Part shown: positions 13,691 to 27,179 of the stretch, in pieces
Layout: every line of letters starts with the position of its first letter
Position numbering within the stretch: position 1 is the stretch's first letter
Source of the DNA: Camelus dromedarius
Lineage: Eukaryota
Assembly (NCBI RefSeq): GCF_036321535.1
Contig: NC_087447.1
Location: 37,512,001-37,576,000, forward strand
Reading direction: 5' to 3'
DNA length: 64,000 nt
Translations under genes and position numbers: made by a program
The notes under the pieces: model-generated
The model's input: only the letters and a program-made list of their open reading frames with translations
Database searches by the model: none
What the model was told of the DNA's origin: nothing

Positions 13691-15959
13691 TGACAGTATT
13701 TAATTTAACTTACTGGCAGGTCAGGAAAGCACTCTCCCCTAAATTGTAAACTAGGCAAAGTTTGACATCCCTCCATCCCATTGGTGTCTTCTTTCCCTCA
13801 CTGATGCCTCTCTCTCCTAGACATCATTTGTCTGCCCCCACCCCAAATGGCCATTAACAGATGCCTGGGGAAAAAAGCATGAGTTTAGAGATAACTAAAA
13901 GCTTGAAACTAGGAAGAGCCTTTCTCCAGCCTCCCCAAGGAAGGTGCTATCTGAAACTTCCAGCCTCTACGAAGAGAAGATGGCTCTCACCCATCCCCTC
14001 ACACACCAGAGACAGTGAGCTAACGATACCTATCATGCCACCTCCCAGTGGCCAGCACCCCTGCTCTCTGTAAATGAGTAAATTTGTCCTAGATGCCGGC
14101 CTCGGGCATTCCACATCTAGGGTCTGTCCTGCTACTCCCGCTTTCATGTTCACTGGGCCACCCTTACAAGTATGACACTTTCCCTGTCGTTTTGCAATCT
14201 TCATCCCTTGAATAAAATGCCTCCTTCCCATTACCTTTCTCTGTCTCCTTGTCCTATTCCCACAGTGATAGTTAGCTCAATCGGGAAATTTTTTATTTGC
14301 TTTAGCAAAAGAACACTTAAAGAAGTACAACTAGGCTTAATGGAGGCCAAAAATTCACTTGGCAGATTTTATCTCTTTCTCTTTCCAAATGGTTTCTCAT
14401 CACTGCTTGAGTCTGCTTCACACTGCATCATGGTTTCCTCTGATATCACGATTCCCACTCTCCCATCACAGTGACAGATAATACTGTCTTTGGTTTGCCT
14501 TGGCACCATCTTTCATCCTGACCTTTTGTGACCTCTAGACCTCACCGCTATCTTAAAAAGTCTTTTTCTCTTAGTGTAGGGTCTCAGTATTAAAGAATCT
14601 GATTGGCTCTACCCAGTTCCAGAATTACCACCGGACCCATCATCTGTTGTCAGGGTCCTGGGCATGTACATGGATGGATGTCTTGACCCATCCCTTTTGC
14701 AGGGGCCCTAGCTAAACTGTAATTATAAATATTAGGGTACAAGTACACAGTTTGAGACACTTGTAGGGATCACTGATGAGACTAATAGGCTTATGAAAAC
14801 AGATTAGAAGGTGAAAGAAGAAAGACAGGAAAGGAAGAAAGGGGAAAGAAAAAGAAAGAGGGAGAAGGAAGAAAGAAAACCTAAAAAGTGTTGAACTCTG
14901 CTGTGTGCTAAGCACAAATCTGGCTCTTAAACAGACATTGCCCAATTTCATCATCAGTTCCTCTTTCCGTGTTAAAGGATTCAGTCTCAGAAAAGTGAAC
15001 TGATTCATCCTGTAGTTTGTGGAAGAACAATGATTTGAACTGGGAAATATTCGACTTCAGTTTCATCAGAGGTGGAAGTTCTGTGAGGTAAATTTGAAGA
15101 AATAACATCAAAAACAGTTTTCCTTAAAACAATCAAAACAAGACAGTGATTATTGAAGAATGTTAATTGATATCTCACTGCACTGGTTACTTCTGCCTGA
15201 TGGTTTAATTATTAGTAGCTCAGTGAGTTTCATTAGAGACCTATTGTGCCGCTGTTGGCAAAACAACACTGGCATCTCATGTTCAATAATTAAAAGCAGG
15301 AAAAACAAACATTCACTTTGGAGTCCTGGATTTATAAATAGCAGTGGTATGTGATTTCTTTAATCAATAACTAGGCTATCTAGCCTGGCTTGGATGATGG
15401 AGACGATGAGCCTTGTCTCTTAATTCTCCTTGTCTGTTCTAAATTTACAAAATCCTACTGGGCTGAGACTGGGCTGGTTGGGTAGCCATCCTATCCTAAG
15501 CCCTGCCTTTTGGCCATATGGCTACTAAAAGATAAATTTTCTAAAAAAGGCAAAAATCATGACTTTCATATATACATCAATAAAAAATATAAAGTGAACA
15601 TGTGTGAAAGAATGAATTGGAAAAGATGCTACAACCTGTTCACAGGAGAAATCAAAGAACCACAAATTGATACAGAGTAAAGAAACGTTGAAATGAATTT
15701 ACAAATTAATGTTAATTTTTTTTGAGGGGCCTAACGGGTAGAGTAAAATAAACCTATACTGGAAAGAATTTATTTGCATCTCTATAGACAGGAATTATTT
15801 GGCATTGCTATCACTTATCTACAACTTACTTTGTGAAATATCTCAAGGGCAATGAAAACCTGAAGTCAGATAAACCTAAAGCAAGCATGCTGTAAACAAT
15901 GCGTGTTTTTTCCATTGGATGCGTACAGTTAACTTTCTTGCTTATTCCAAATTCCCTTA

Positions 15960-16180
15960 CACAGTATAGTGAAAAACATGTGCTTTAAGGACAAATCAAA
16001 TTAACTCTACTGCTCAACTGCTATAGGTGACCTTTGATAGGTGATTAAATCTCGCTGAACCTCAGTTTCCTCATCATAAAATAGGGGAAAATACCTACTT
16101 TGTAGGCTCAGGCAAAGATCAAGTTAATAACCAAGAGTTTAACATAGTATGTAACACAGAGTGGTGCTCAGTAAGTGTTC
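15960..16180 (+). mobile_element. MIR SINE
   Basis: ctgaacctcagtttcctcatcataaaatagggg core. Confidence 0.8.
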
Positions 16181-16659
16181 ATTCCCACAGGCCCTTCCTT
16201 CAAACTCAACAGCCCAAGGACTCCAGAAATCAGTCTCTACTTGGTAGCGGCCAGGATGGCTGTGTTAGTAAACACTCCAGGTCTCTCTGGCCCTTGGCAA
16301 AATGATACAGAACCATCACATCATAATAAAGTGTCTTTCTCAGCCTGGAGCTGAGTTGAGATTTAGGAGTGAACACATAATCAAATGCTACCAGAGTCTG
16401 TGATCCTTGGAGAGGGAGGGTGGGGAAAAAAAATAAGAGGCAAAAAAGAGAGCCAACATCTCTTTTGGAAGCCCTCCAAATCCTCAAAGCTGACATACAA
16501 AGGATTCAGACCTGGGGAGGATGAATATGGAGAAGAAGGGAAGGCCGCCTGACATGCTACCCTGTCAATTCTGGCAGTGCTGATTGTAAATTGTCACTGG
16601 TGCTACTTCATTCAACAAACACATAGATCATTGACCATAGGACCAAAGCAACAGGGCCC

Positions 16660-16910
16660 TGTGGGAGGTGGTGCAGCCAGTGGTTCTGATCACAGGCGCT
16701 GGAATCAGGCAGACCTAGGATGGAATCCTGACTCTGCCACTGACTAGTTCTGTGATCTTGGGTGAGTTTAGTCACCTCCTAGACCTCATGTTCCTCTTTG
16801 GTACAAAGAGATTGACAATAACAATTTATGTAAAGCATTATTTTCAGGATTAATGAGATAATACTTTTGATGGTCTTAGCAAGTAAATGAACAATGAATG
16901 GTAGTTAAAA
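16660..16910 (+). mobile_element. MIR SINE
   Basis: ggaatcctgactctgccactgactagttctgtgatcttgggtgagtt core. Confidence 0.85.
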
Positions 16911-16927
16911 TAAATAAAGTTGGCAAG

Positions 16928-17074
16928 AGGGGAGGGTTGAACGTGTACTCAGCATGCACGAGGTCCTGGATTCTATCCCCAGTACTTCTAATAAAAAATA
17001 AATAAATAAACCTAATTACCAACCCCCTCAAGAAATTAAAAAAATAAAATAGTTGTTTAAATACAACTATAAAT

Positions 17075-17124
<50 letters not shown>
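16928..17124 (+). mobile_element. Camelid-type tRNA-derived SINE (Vic-1-like) with A-rich and (TA)n tail
   Basis: ggggagggt...agcatgcacgaggtcctggattctatccccagtac (B-box-like) followed by aataaataaacctaattacc. It is flanked by a 13-bp TSD with 1 mismatch: taaagttggcaag (16915-16927) and taaaggtggcaag (17125-17137). Confidence 0.8.
17078..17123. repeat. (TA)n microsatellite
   Basis: Uninterrupted alternating AT run of about 46 bp. Confidence 0.98.
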
Positions 17125-17126
<2 letters not shown>

Positions 17127-20100
17127 AAGGTGGCAAGGGAATCTGTGTTCACGCTGGTCTGTGTTACACTTATTTAAAAGCACTTACCAACAAAGCTGAT
17201 GACAGCACAGTAAAATCAAAGAAGGTAAGGAGAATGAAGACAAAAAGAACCTTCACTACCTATAGCTTCTCATCTGTGCACATTAAGTAGTTTGGTCTTG
17301 GGACTAAGACAGGATTTCTCAGACATTTAGAGGGGATATGACTACAGATGTGCAGCCTGAGTCCACCGTGGGCCAGCCTAGGTGTTCCAAATGTGCATAC
17401 AGGAACTGTGGGCTATATCTTCCTTGCAAATTGGCCCTGACCAGAAGGTAAGTACAGTTAGAGGCAATGCCTTGTGCCCCTAAAGTCATTAGTCCCCTCT
17501 GAAATATCCTAGTTTTATTCTCACTCTACTAGACCACCAACATTGAGGAGCATCCTGCCAAGATATCAGCTGGCAGGGGTTTCCCATGCTCTGCTCTCAG
17601 CAGGGAGGGGACCCTGAGGGAGGGGGCAGAGTGTCCTTCTGGGCCTGCCTCTCACTTGCATGTGGGTCACTTGTCCTTCCTTCTGGTGCTTCATACATAC
17701 ACGTTATCCTTTTACCTAAGGGTTGTACCACCTGTCCTGCCACCCCACGATTACTGCTGAGTGAGTCTGTGTCACAAACCCACTGAGAGTTCATTAACAC
17801 TGACCTTCTAGGTAGTTCTGCCTCTCCCTTACCTGGACAACCCAGAGTGTGTGTGTTCTTAGGAAGACACCAAGGGTAGACTTCTCATGTGTGTCTAGGG
17901 CAGATATGTGAGCCACTCCCTTGGACGCTCCCTTGGCAAACTGCACTGTCCTGCACCCACCTACGCTTTGTTGTGGTCCAAGAATCTTGAATGGCAAAGT
18001 GAAGTGCTTAACCCTGATTCTGTGAATCCTAGGGAAATAGTAAAGGTTTCTTACCTGGAGACTGGCATTATCTAAACAGGTCATTGGGTGTATCAGTGAA
18101 AATGACCTGTTCCAAACCAAAAGAAAGAAAGAAATTTGAGCATTGAAAAGGGAATGAGAAGGCTCCACATGGGGCTTACTTGTTTATTCTGGAAAAAAAC
18201 ATTGAAATTTAAGCCAAGGGTGTTCTCCATGATGTATAAAAAGAAGTACTTTCAGAGATAGGTGGATAATATGTCTTGGGTTTTTTTTTTCCCCTCCTTG
18301 TGCATGTGACAAAACCTGCCCAGAGATCCAATGATGGAACAATGGATCGTTTTCCTGAACCATAGAGCCAGGAAGAAAAACAGTTAATAGATTCCAAAAT
18401 GGATATTTTCCCTGGTACCTGAGCCCTAGAATTACTGGTCCAAAAGGCCAGGCAACTCACTCTACTTCTCTCTGAGTCCTGGAGCTGCTCCTGGTCTCCC
18501 TTTGCTGCCCAGCCCAGTGGTGTCTGTGAACCTGGGATAAGTTAAGCAAAGCTAGTGTCAGATCAGGCATGATGGAGAGTGTATATCCCTTGTTGAGACT
18601 CTTTATCACTCAGAATGAGTGTTTTATAGCCCTGCATAGAGGTTGCCATAAAACACCATTTTAAGGAGCTTGAGGCCATATTTCATCCATTTAACGTCCT
18701 CTTGCCCCAAGAGGCAAAACAAACTAGCAGGTGGCTCAGGATTAACATCTTTATTACAGATGACCTCACTATTGTGTTCTCTATAAAGAAAAAATATTAC
18801 AAAGCATTAACGCACTTTAACTATTAAATTAATACAGATTTACGGCTCATATCCGGATCTAAATTTCTAGGCTTGCAGGGTCGTTATTTTTCTGTGATTT
18901 TTTGACAATATTGCTAATGGGGACCAGAGCAAAATTGATATGAACTGTGATGGTGGATGCATGAATTGAGGGAGGCAGCAGGTTATGCCTCTCCATAAAT
19001 CACTCCAATGGCAGTTTTGCACTAGAACTTACACACGTATTTTCAATATTTGAGCAACAGCCACAGAAGGACATTTAGCCGAGAAGATGCAAGTATTAAG
19101 ATTCCAATATTTACTTTGTCCTGACAAATGGCAAAACATGAAGACTGTGCTTTAATTACTTGAAAAGGCTTTGGCGCATGACTTCCCCTGCCCCCACTCT
19201 CTCTCTTAAGCTTAAAGTAGCCATTACTTATTTTATCTCAGTGGGTGGCTATTGAATGTTGTTTGTGTCCATATATCCCTAGATTGAAGTTGTTCTCATT
19301 TCTACTCCCTTCTAGGGTTCTGAGTGATGGTATACACTGGTCACTAGTTAAACAGGAAGTAAAGTATTAATGATATTGTTAATGGCCAGCAAGCACGCAA
19401 AGCCCCAGAGTTTGGTGGAAACACATTGTAGAACAAGGCTTAGTACTGAACAGTCTTCCTCCTTCCTTCCAAACCTATAACTGGGGGATCTCACAGTCAT
19501 TCACATAAAAGAGTGAGAAAACTGACTTCCATGCCAGTCTACTGATCTGATTGTGTCACAGAGGTGAGAAGGAAGCAGGAAGCTAAAGAGACAGAGGTTA
19601 AGAGAGTATTTACATGACCTCTGACCTTGAACACAGAGCCCCTCCCGTATATTTTCTACATTCGGGTTAGCAACTTCTACGCAGGGAGATGTGGGTATGC
19701 AGGGTACAGAGGGGCAATCATGTCCCCTCCAGCACCCTGGGGTGGGTGGAGAGAAGAAGGTCATTGAAAGAAAGATTGGGCTCCACATGGCCTTGGAGAA
19801 AAAACCCTAGGAAAAGGTAAAACATGGAGTCTCATTTCAAAGGATTTGCTGTCATCATCTAGTCCAGGTTTCATGTATCATTTAAAGTGAGATAATATCT
19901 TGACATGTGGGCTCCGAAAATATATAATTCATGAGTTGGCTTAGTAATTTCCTCCCTGCAAAGTCCTTGAAAGAAATACGTGCACTTGAAACAATGGCAA
20001 AGCATCATAACTTGAAAACAAATCTGCTCTTTGAAACAGCGATAGCTATGGCCCCAAACTGTAATGCTGAACTCCAGCCAGCTAGGTTGACCTGGGAGGA

Positions 20101-20804
20101 GGAATGCTTGGGATGACCTCAGCTCCCTTCTCCCCATCACCCCCTGTCCCTCACTGGGTTTCAGGAGAAGAGGGTAGATCCATAAACATCACAATGAGAG
20201 CAGAGAGTGCACGTGTCCTAGAGGTGAGATTGAGAAGGTCTTCCAGGTCCCTTTATAAATCATGGAAACCCCTTTCTTAATTGCTACTCCTAGAAAACAA
20301 CAAAGGTCACTTTACAAATAGGACACGAGATGGAGACAGGGCTTGTTTAGCCAAGAATGTCTTCTAGAAAGGAAGCCAAATGTGGGATTTTGCCAACCTC
20401 AAACCACCACTGGTAATAGCTGCCATCTAAGGAGTCTAAATCTTTGAGTGTGGAGTTTCCGAGCATGGAGTTCTCCTCCCTGCCTTATCAAGGCTGAGAA
20501 TCTCTCTCATCTTCTTCCCTTTCCATCCCCATCATGAGACAAGAGACCAGTCAGAAGAGAGAACTCCAGAAAATGTTCCAGCTTATCCCAAGAAAACTCA
20601 AATCTCAGCAGAAAAGGTAGACAAGTGCATGTCCCCAATATGTCCTGATAGCTTTGGCCCACATTATTAGGATGCCAACTGAAAAAACTTAAATTGAGAC
20701 AATATAGCAATATGGAAAACCACTGGCTGGTATTTCTTGGTGTCTCCAAAGAACATAATCCCAAGAAACAACTCTTCCTTTCTCCTTCCAATACATGAGT
20801 ATTC

Positions 20805-21120
20805 GTTGGCATGTAGTCAGTGGGCACAGATATGTGCATGCTCTGTGTGTGAGTATATACTGCATTCTGGGCATGCATGCATAATCAGATGCATGTGTGT
20901 TGATGTGCTTGTATGTATATCCCATGAATAGTCAGGCACCTGAATGTACACATGTGCATCAGTGATCAATGCATGCATGTCTGTGCAGGTATTTTGTGCA
21001 TCTTTTGTACATGACTTTGCATGTGTGCACACCCAGGTATGTCGTGTGTGACCTGGAAAGCATGTCATGTGCATGCACAGGTTCACGTGTAGGTTCTGTG
21101 TCTGCATGTTTGTGTGAGTC
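20805..21120. repeat. Degenerate TG/CATG-rich low-complexity tract
   Basis: Recurrent gcatgt/gtgt/tgca units. Confidence 0.75.
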
Positions 21121-22629
21121 TGGGTCTTAAACCCTACCATGCACCAGGCTGTTTGCAGCCAATGTTGAGCCACTAATGATTTTAATGAGAGTGCCTTCTG
21201 GATTCATATTTTTTTCATAAAATACATCACACTAAAACCAAATCAATGAGAAACATTAATTAGGGCCTTTGTAGATGCCTTCTGTGGTGGTGTTTTTCTT
21301 TTGAGAAGAACCAGACGAAGAATGCTGGGCTTTATTTAAGCTAAGTTGTTTGACATTTAGATGAGAGAAAAAAGGGGAAGAAACTAGCCAGCCCAGGAAC
21401 GTTTTTGACAGCTCTTTGTCATGCAAGGGAGAAAAAAGGCGCCGGCTGTGAGAGTCTACTTTGAAGCCTTGGAAATTTGTAATGAAAAATTTAAGATACA
21501 AGAGAGGCAGAAAGATGAGCTATTCACAGGGCTCTGCATATATTAACACTTGTAATGCAAACTAAAGGTTTGCTATGTGTTTTTATAATTTGCCCGCTAA
21601 TAAATATCTTCTAGAAGTACTTTGATTTTCTAAGCTCGAGTATGGAGTGCAAATCCATTAAAAAGTAAAAGAAACAATTGGCACTGGACTTTGGTCCCTG
21701 ATTAGGGGACCATGCACATCAATTATTACAGACAGACCACTGACGGATTTCAAAGGATGCTGGAAACCCTTGCACGTTCGGAGAAAGCCATGCATCTGTG
21801 GCCATAACCTCCGCTGCAACCATCCTCTGTGCCAATCTCCAGGTCAACTCTTCCTGAGACCCTGAGCCTCTCTTCTTGACCACCTGGGCAGGACTACTAA
21901 GGATTCTTTCCCCAGGGATAGGCAAATGCTTGGGACCCACTGAAGAAGTTCTCAAAAAGCAGCATTTTCATTACTGCAAGGGAAGAGTTTCTGGGACACT
22001 GAAGCAAACCAGTTCCATCCATGTATTACGTCCCCACAGGCCTTGATCACACTCATTTTGCCCAGGCCCTTTTATTACTGATCCTTCTACAATGGTCAGC
22101 CCAAGGCATCTTTGCTTCCTCTCTTCTTTCTAGATCTTCTAATGTCCTTCTTCTCCTCAATTCATTTTTCTTTTGTCTGGAACTTCTATTTCCTGATTAA
22201 CAAAAATCCAGCATCTTAACAGTCTCTTCAAAATTCTTTGCTCTTTGCCTCGTGAGTAGGCAGGCTAAGTTAGCAAGAAGAGTGTGGGCTTCCATTCAGA
22301 TGGTCTCAAGTTCCAACCTCAAATGAACATGTGAGGGAGATGCAGCCTAGAGGCCAAGAAGCGTGGAGGGAGGAGGCTAGCAGATTTCAGCCTGGGCTCT
22401 GGGCTTTGGCCCCCACACCAAAGTGGCTCCGGGTAGCATTCAGAGCCCAGGGCCTTCATCTGTCAGCTCCAACACTCAATGCCACTTCCCTGGAATCCTG
22501 CTCTGGCTACACTGATTTTGGTCTCTCTGGGAAATATATTCGTCCAGAGTCCCAGAACCTTACATATCCATCCCCCAAAACACCCCTACAGGTTCTTCTG
22601 ATCCCTCAAGCAGAAGCAACACAATAGTT

Positions 22630-22735
22630 CAGGGGTTTTCAACCTCTGTTCTATTGACATTTAAGGCTAGATAATTCTTTATTGTGAGGGGCTGTCCTGG
22701 GCATTGGGGGATGTTTAGCAGCATCCTTGATCTGT
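22630..22735 (+). mobile_element. MER20-like hAT-Charlie fragment
   Basis: caggggttttcaacctc...tattgacatt...ataattcttt...ggggctgtcctgggcatt...gatgtttagcagcatcc. Confidence 0.8.
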
Positions 22736-23211
22736 TCATCTTGTCAAAATGGACAACATCAAGTGAAGCAGGCTATTGGGCTGTTCTCATGAGAGCCAAT
22801 GTGGGAATCCAGAGTCCAGGTCCCTCTTAACCACAGTCATGGTTTTTAGGGCAGGAGAAAAATTACCAAAGGAAAGAGTTGCCTCAGTCTGGGACTTGAC
22901 AAAGAGATAGCACAATTTTCCTAGTAATTTAAGGAGTCCTTTAATGAAAGAGCTACTTGTAAGAGTGTCAGCAGGTTTAAGGAAAGGAGATTGCAGTACT
23001 CTAGGGCTAACAGCATCTGGGAGCCACTATCACCTCTGGGCCATAAGAAGAAGGGAAGGGAGCAGTTAATCAAAAAGGTGTACAAAGAGGGGCTTCTGAG
23101 AAGCACTGTGGAAAACAGTCCACTCACAGTGATGCAGAAGGGAAGGAGCAGAGAAGAAACCTCCTGACCCCATTCTCCTCCCACCTCATTCCTTCCTCTA
23201 GGAGCACAGGA

Positions 23212-23273
23212 GTCACTGAGGCAGCACTGATGGGTCAGACTCGTCACTGAGGCAGCACTGATGGGTCAGACTC
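23212..23273. repeat. Perfect 31-bp tandem duplication
   Basis: gtcactgaggcagcactgatgggtcagactc x2. Confidence 0.97.
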
Positions 23274-23294
23274 CCAAAGCACAGAGCATAGCCA

Positions 23295-23583
23295 TTCCTC
23301 CTTTTATTGTGCTTCACTTGATTGTGCTTTGCAGATACTGAATTTTTTACAAATTGAGGTTTGTACATTGTCAGATGATAATTATTTTTAGTAATAAAGT
23401 TTTTTTAATTAAGATGGGTACATTGTTTTTTAGACATAATGCTACTGCACACTTAATAGACTACAGTGTAAACGTAACTTACATGCACTGGAAAACGGAA
23501 AACATTTGTGAGACTTTATTGCAATATTCTCTTTATTGCAGTGGTCTGGAACCAAACCTGCAGTATTTCCATGGTATGCCTGC
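23295..23583 (+). mobile_element. Tigger1-derived non-autonomous element (TcMar)
   Basis: ttttattgtgcttcacttgattgtgctttgcagatactg...ttttagacataatgctactgcacacttaatagactacag...ggtctggaaccaaacctgcagtatttccatggtatgcctg. Confidence 0.85.
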
Positions 23584-26500
23584 AGAGTGGAGGGAGAGTG
23601 AGTGGATTGATGGGCAGCAGAAAGTATTCAGCACAGGTGAAAAGAACAAGAGGTGAAAGGTGTCCAAGAGATAGCTTCTGGGCTGCTGCCCTGGTGAAGG
23701 TGTAGTCAGGGAAATTAGGAGAACAATTAACGGCAAGGTCCAGAGCCACAGAGGGCAAGGCTAAAAAACCAGCCAGAAGGGAGCGGTGAAAAGTGACCTG
23801 GCCAAATTCTGAATGCCTGGTAATGGCAGTGGTGGCTTTGTGTTGGCTGGAAAACTCACGTCCGCAGGGGTTAGGTTTGTTTCAAGGAGGCTGGAAGGGA
23901 GGAAATCACATCCAACCCCAACTCCTGGGCTGTTGACTCAGACTATTCTGATCATATTTTATACCTGTCTGGCCAAAACTGTATTTTCTTTCTATTATAC
24001 ACCTCCTGAGGGCAGAAACCTTGTCTGACCTATCTGTGTGTACTCTGCTGTGTCTCACTTGGAAGCTGGCAGAGAGCAATTGTTCGTTCAGCCTTTGCAT
24101 GTGAATCTGAAGGTCTGAGCTCTGGGATTCCCTTATCTGTTCGATATGGTCCTATGGTCCACTGTGTGTGAGAAGGGTTCAAACCATCAAGCTGTACACC
24201 TTAAATTTATATGATTTTTATTTGTCAATTATAACTCAGTAAAGATTGGGGTGGGTGGGGAGTTCTCAAGAATCACTGTAAAAGCAAAGGGGCAACATTC
24301 TTTCTTTCTTTTTGGCAGTGGGGAGAATGCTTCCCACAAAGTATGTGCAGTTCAAGCAGGCCCCCAGCAACCTTCTCAGCCCTCATCCATTTCTCAGAGC
24401 ACCTGGTAGTGGTGCAAGGAGTAGAAACTTGGGGTTACAATATTTCTTGTCCTCCAAACTGGACAAGTGGTCACCTAAGCCCCTAGCTGGGGAAAGCCAC
24501 TAGCCATCCTTCCAGAAGCAGACACTACTATCTTGGCTGATTCCAGCTGGTAGGAAGGTGGACAGAGATATACCTCTCCAGTTAGAGCACTTCATTCTTC
24601 AGACACATATCCAGTTCTATGGCACCAAGTCACCGGATTTCCTGAGAGTGGCAAGCTTCCCTTGGTCCCAACTCCTGCAACAAGCCTGGCCACAGACTGC
24701 ACCAGCCTCCTGGGGCATGAGCCAATTTTCCAGAGACCACTCCCTGAGGAATCCCCTCCCAGGGCTTCTTTTCCTGGGCAGGGGGCTAAGACCCAAGCAA
24801 AATGCCTCTACCAAGCCCTTGAGTGTGTCTGGAACTCCAGATTAAAAACATTGTGTTTCTACCTTGAGCTTTTATGATAAGGATCACTGAGGGACCTTAA
24901 AAATAATGTACCACCTCCAAAGGATTATAGTCCAGCAGGAAATTTTCAAAAAAAAAAAAAAAAAAGTTTAAATGGATTCCCAGCAGAAAGGGACCAGTAG
25001 GGATAGTTCAGAAAAGAGACTTTCCTTGCTGATAGGGTTGAGTCATAATGATGTGAAGGAGGTTTACATGGGCAGGTGAGGAAGGGGTGGAGAAGGGTGT
25101 ACTCAAGCCACAACTTGTCTATGAGCAGACGCTCATCAGCTGCGACCGCCACATCTTTTGGGTTATATCCAGGGTGTAAGACCTTCCCCACTCCCTTCCT
25201 GCTGCCCCTTCTCCTACCTGTGATCGCTGGAAAATTTTTAGGAAAGAGATGTTCTAAAGATGTTGGTTAAACAGCTCTGTCTCTAGTTCTCCATTCGAAG
25301 CTGACTTCTTAATTAAGACACCACAGCCTGGACATAAATGCATTTATGTATATTAATTTTTGCTCCACTTAGCAGAGTGGTCACTTAATTAAATGTCTTC
25401 AGTTGTTTTATTGGAAAAAAAAAATAATAACCCATCCTCCCCCTCAAGGCATTCCTCTTTCCCACTTGGCTCCTCTGTTGTGCTGTGAATTTAAACATAC
25501 TATTTGTTGCTTTCTACTGAGTTCATTTGTAACCCCGATGCCACTGCATTTGTAGGAACTGAGATTAAAAAGTAATATCCAAGACTAAAGTCGCTAGACT
25601 GTTTAGTAGATTTTTAAATTGAAACCAAAATTATACAGATTTTTCATTCTGATAATTCCACCAATTCACTAATTCTTTAATCTTTACAGGTCATTGAACA
25701 GTTCCACATTAATGAGATGTAGTTAAGAACAAATTTTACACTTTTTCCTTTTTTTTTCTTGAAAAATGTTTCCTATCATTTGTAAATTAGAAAGAACTTG
25801 TTCCATTTATGGTCCATTTATTTAAAATAATCAAATGCATGGGATCTGGCTGAACACTGTGTGTAATGATGCTTTTAAACAAATTACCATTTATTTATAA
25901 GCAAGAAATAGACTTTTAAAAAGCACCCAGACTTCGTTACATTATTAATGATCTTCTCCAAGCTCAACAGCTCTGGTGTGTATGTATGTGTATGTGTGTG
26001 TGCCTATGTGTACACACATACACACGATTGTGGATTTTATTCCAGTGAGAAGGTTGAAGATTTGGGAGTAAAAGCAAAAAAGAAAAAGATAAAGATTTCT
26101 AGAAAAGCAGCATGTTTTCCCTTTTTCAGAAAGTTGCAAATATTAGTTAAATCTACCCATGACGAGGCATCCATCCCAAAATCTTCACTGTAAATGTGTG
26201 GCTCTCATCATAACTAACCTAACCTGTTCAGTGTGTCAAGGATATGGAACACACAGAAAAAGTCCTTCATTGCAACTCAGACAGACATATGTGCACATAT
26301 GCAAAGCCCATCACTTCCACCAGTGGCCCAGGAGTTCCTACTCAGAGAGTAATTGCATTTTTATAAAATGCTATAGAGTCAATCGCTTGGATTCAAGTAT
26401 TGTAAATTACTATTATTCCTTGCCACACTGCTGCGGGAAGGAAAGCGTTTATCCTGTTAAGTGATAGTTAAAGAGCTTGCATTGTAGAGAACTAGGGGAG

Positions 26501-27179
26501 ATGGCTGACTATCTCAGAATTAATGGGGAGAGATTATTCTGGCTTCATCAGCTCTGACCCTATCCGTTCAGAAGACTATCACTATTCTCTTTCACCTATC
26601 TTTTTTCTTCTATACGGACCAAATAAAGAATAAACAAATAATACGTAATGCCTAGAACCCCACAACTTCCAACAAGCATGTAATTCCCAGAGAGCATTTG
26701 CGAACTCCAGCAAAATCAACTGAAAGAGGCCTGTTCACCAATTTTTCTTCCTCTGAGAGGGGAGTCTACACGCCTAGGCATTAAAAAAGAAAAAAATATT
26801 TATAAGGAGAAGAAAATGAGAAAGGAGAAAGGATGAAAAGGGGAAGAAGAAGGTGAACAAAAAAATATGAATCTATTCTACCAGAATCAAAGCTGCTAAG
26901 AAGAGAAAGGTATTAACAGCTTCCAGGCCTGAGAGAATGTTTGGGTAGGACTACTTCCTGCCAGTGATTTTTGGTGAAATCGTGGGAAAATTTTAATGAA
27001 AGGAAAGGTACTTAAAGACAAGATGAGTGCATATAAAAATAACTCTTATATTGCCAGCACCAAGAACAGTGTCTGACATATAATGGACATACAATAAATA
27101 TTTGTTAAATAAATGGATGATGTGTTGGTTTTCAAAAAAGGCAGAAGTAGATCTAGATTTTAGAGTCTAGTTACTTCAA

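Noticed and set aside
16928..16990. tRNA gene
   Set aside because: Incomplete cloverleaf, A-rich tail and TSD identify it as a SINE.
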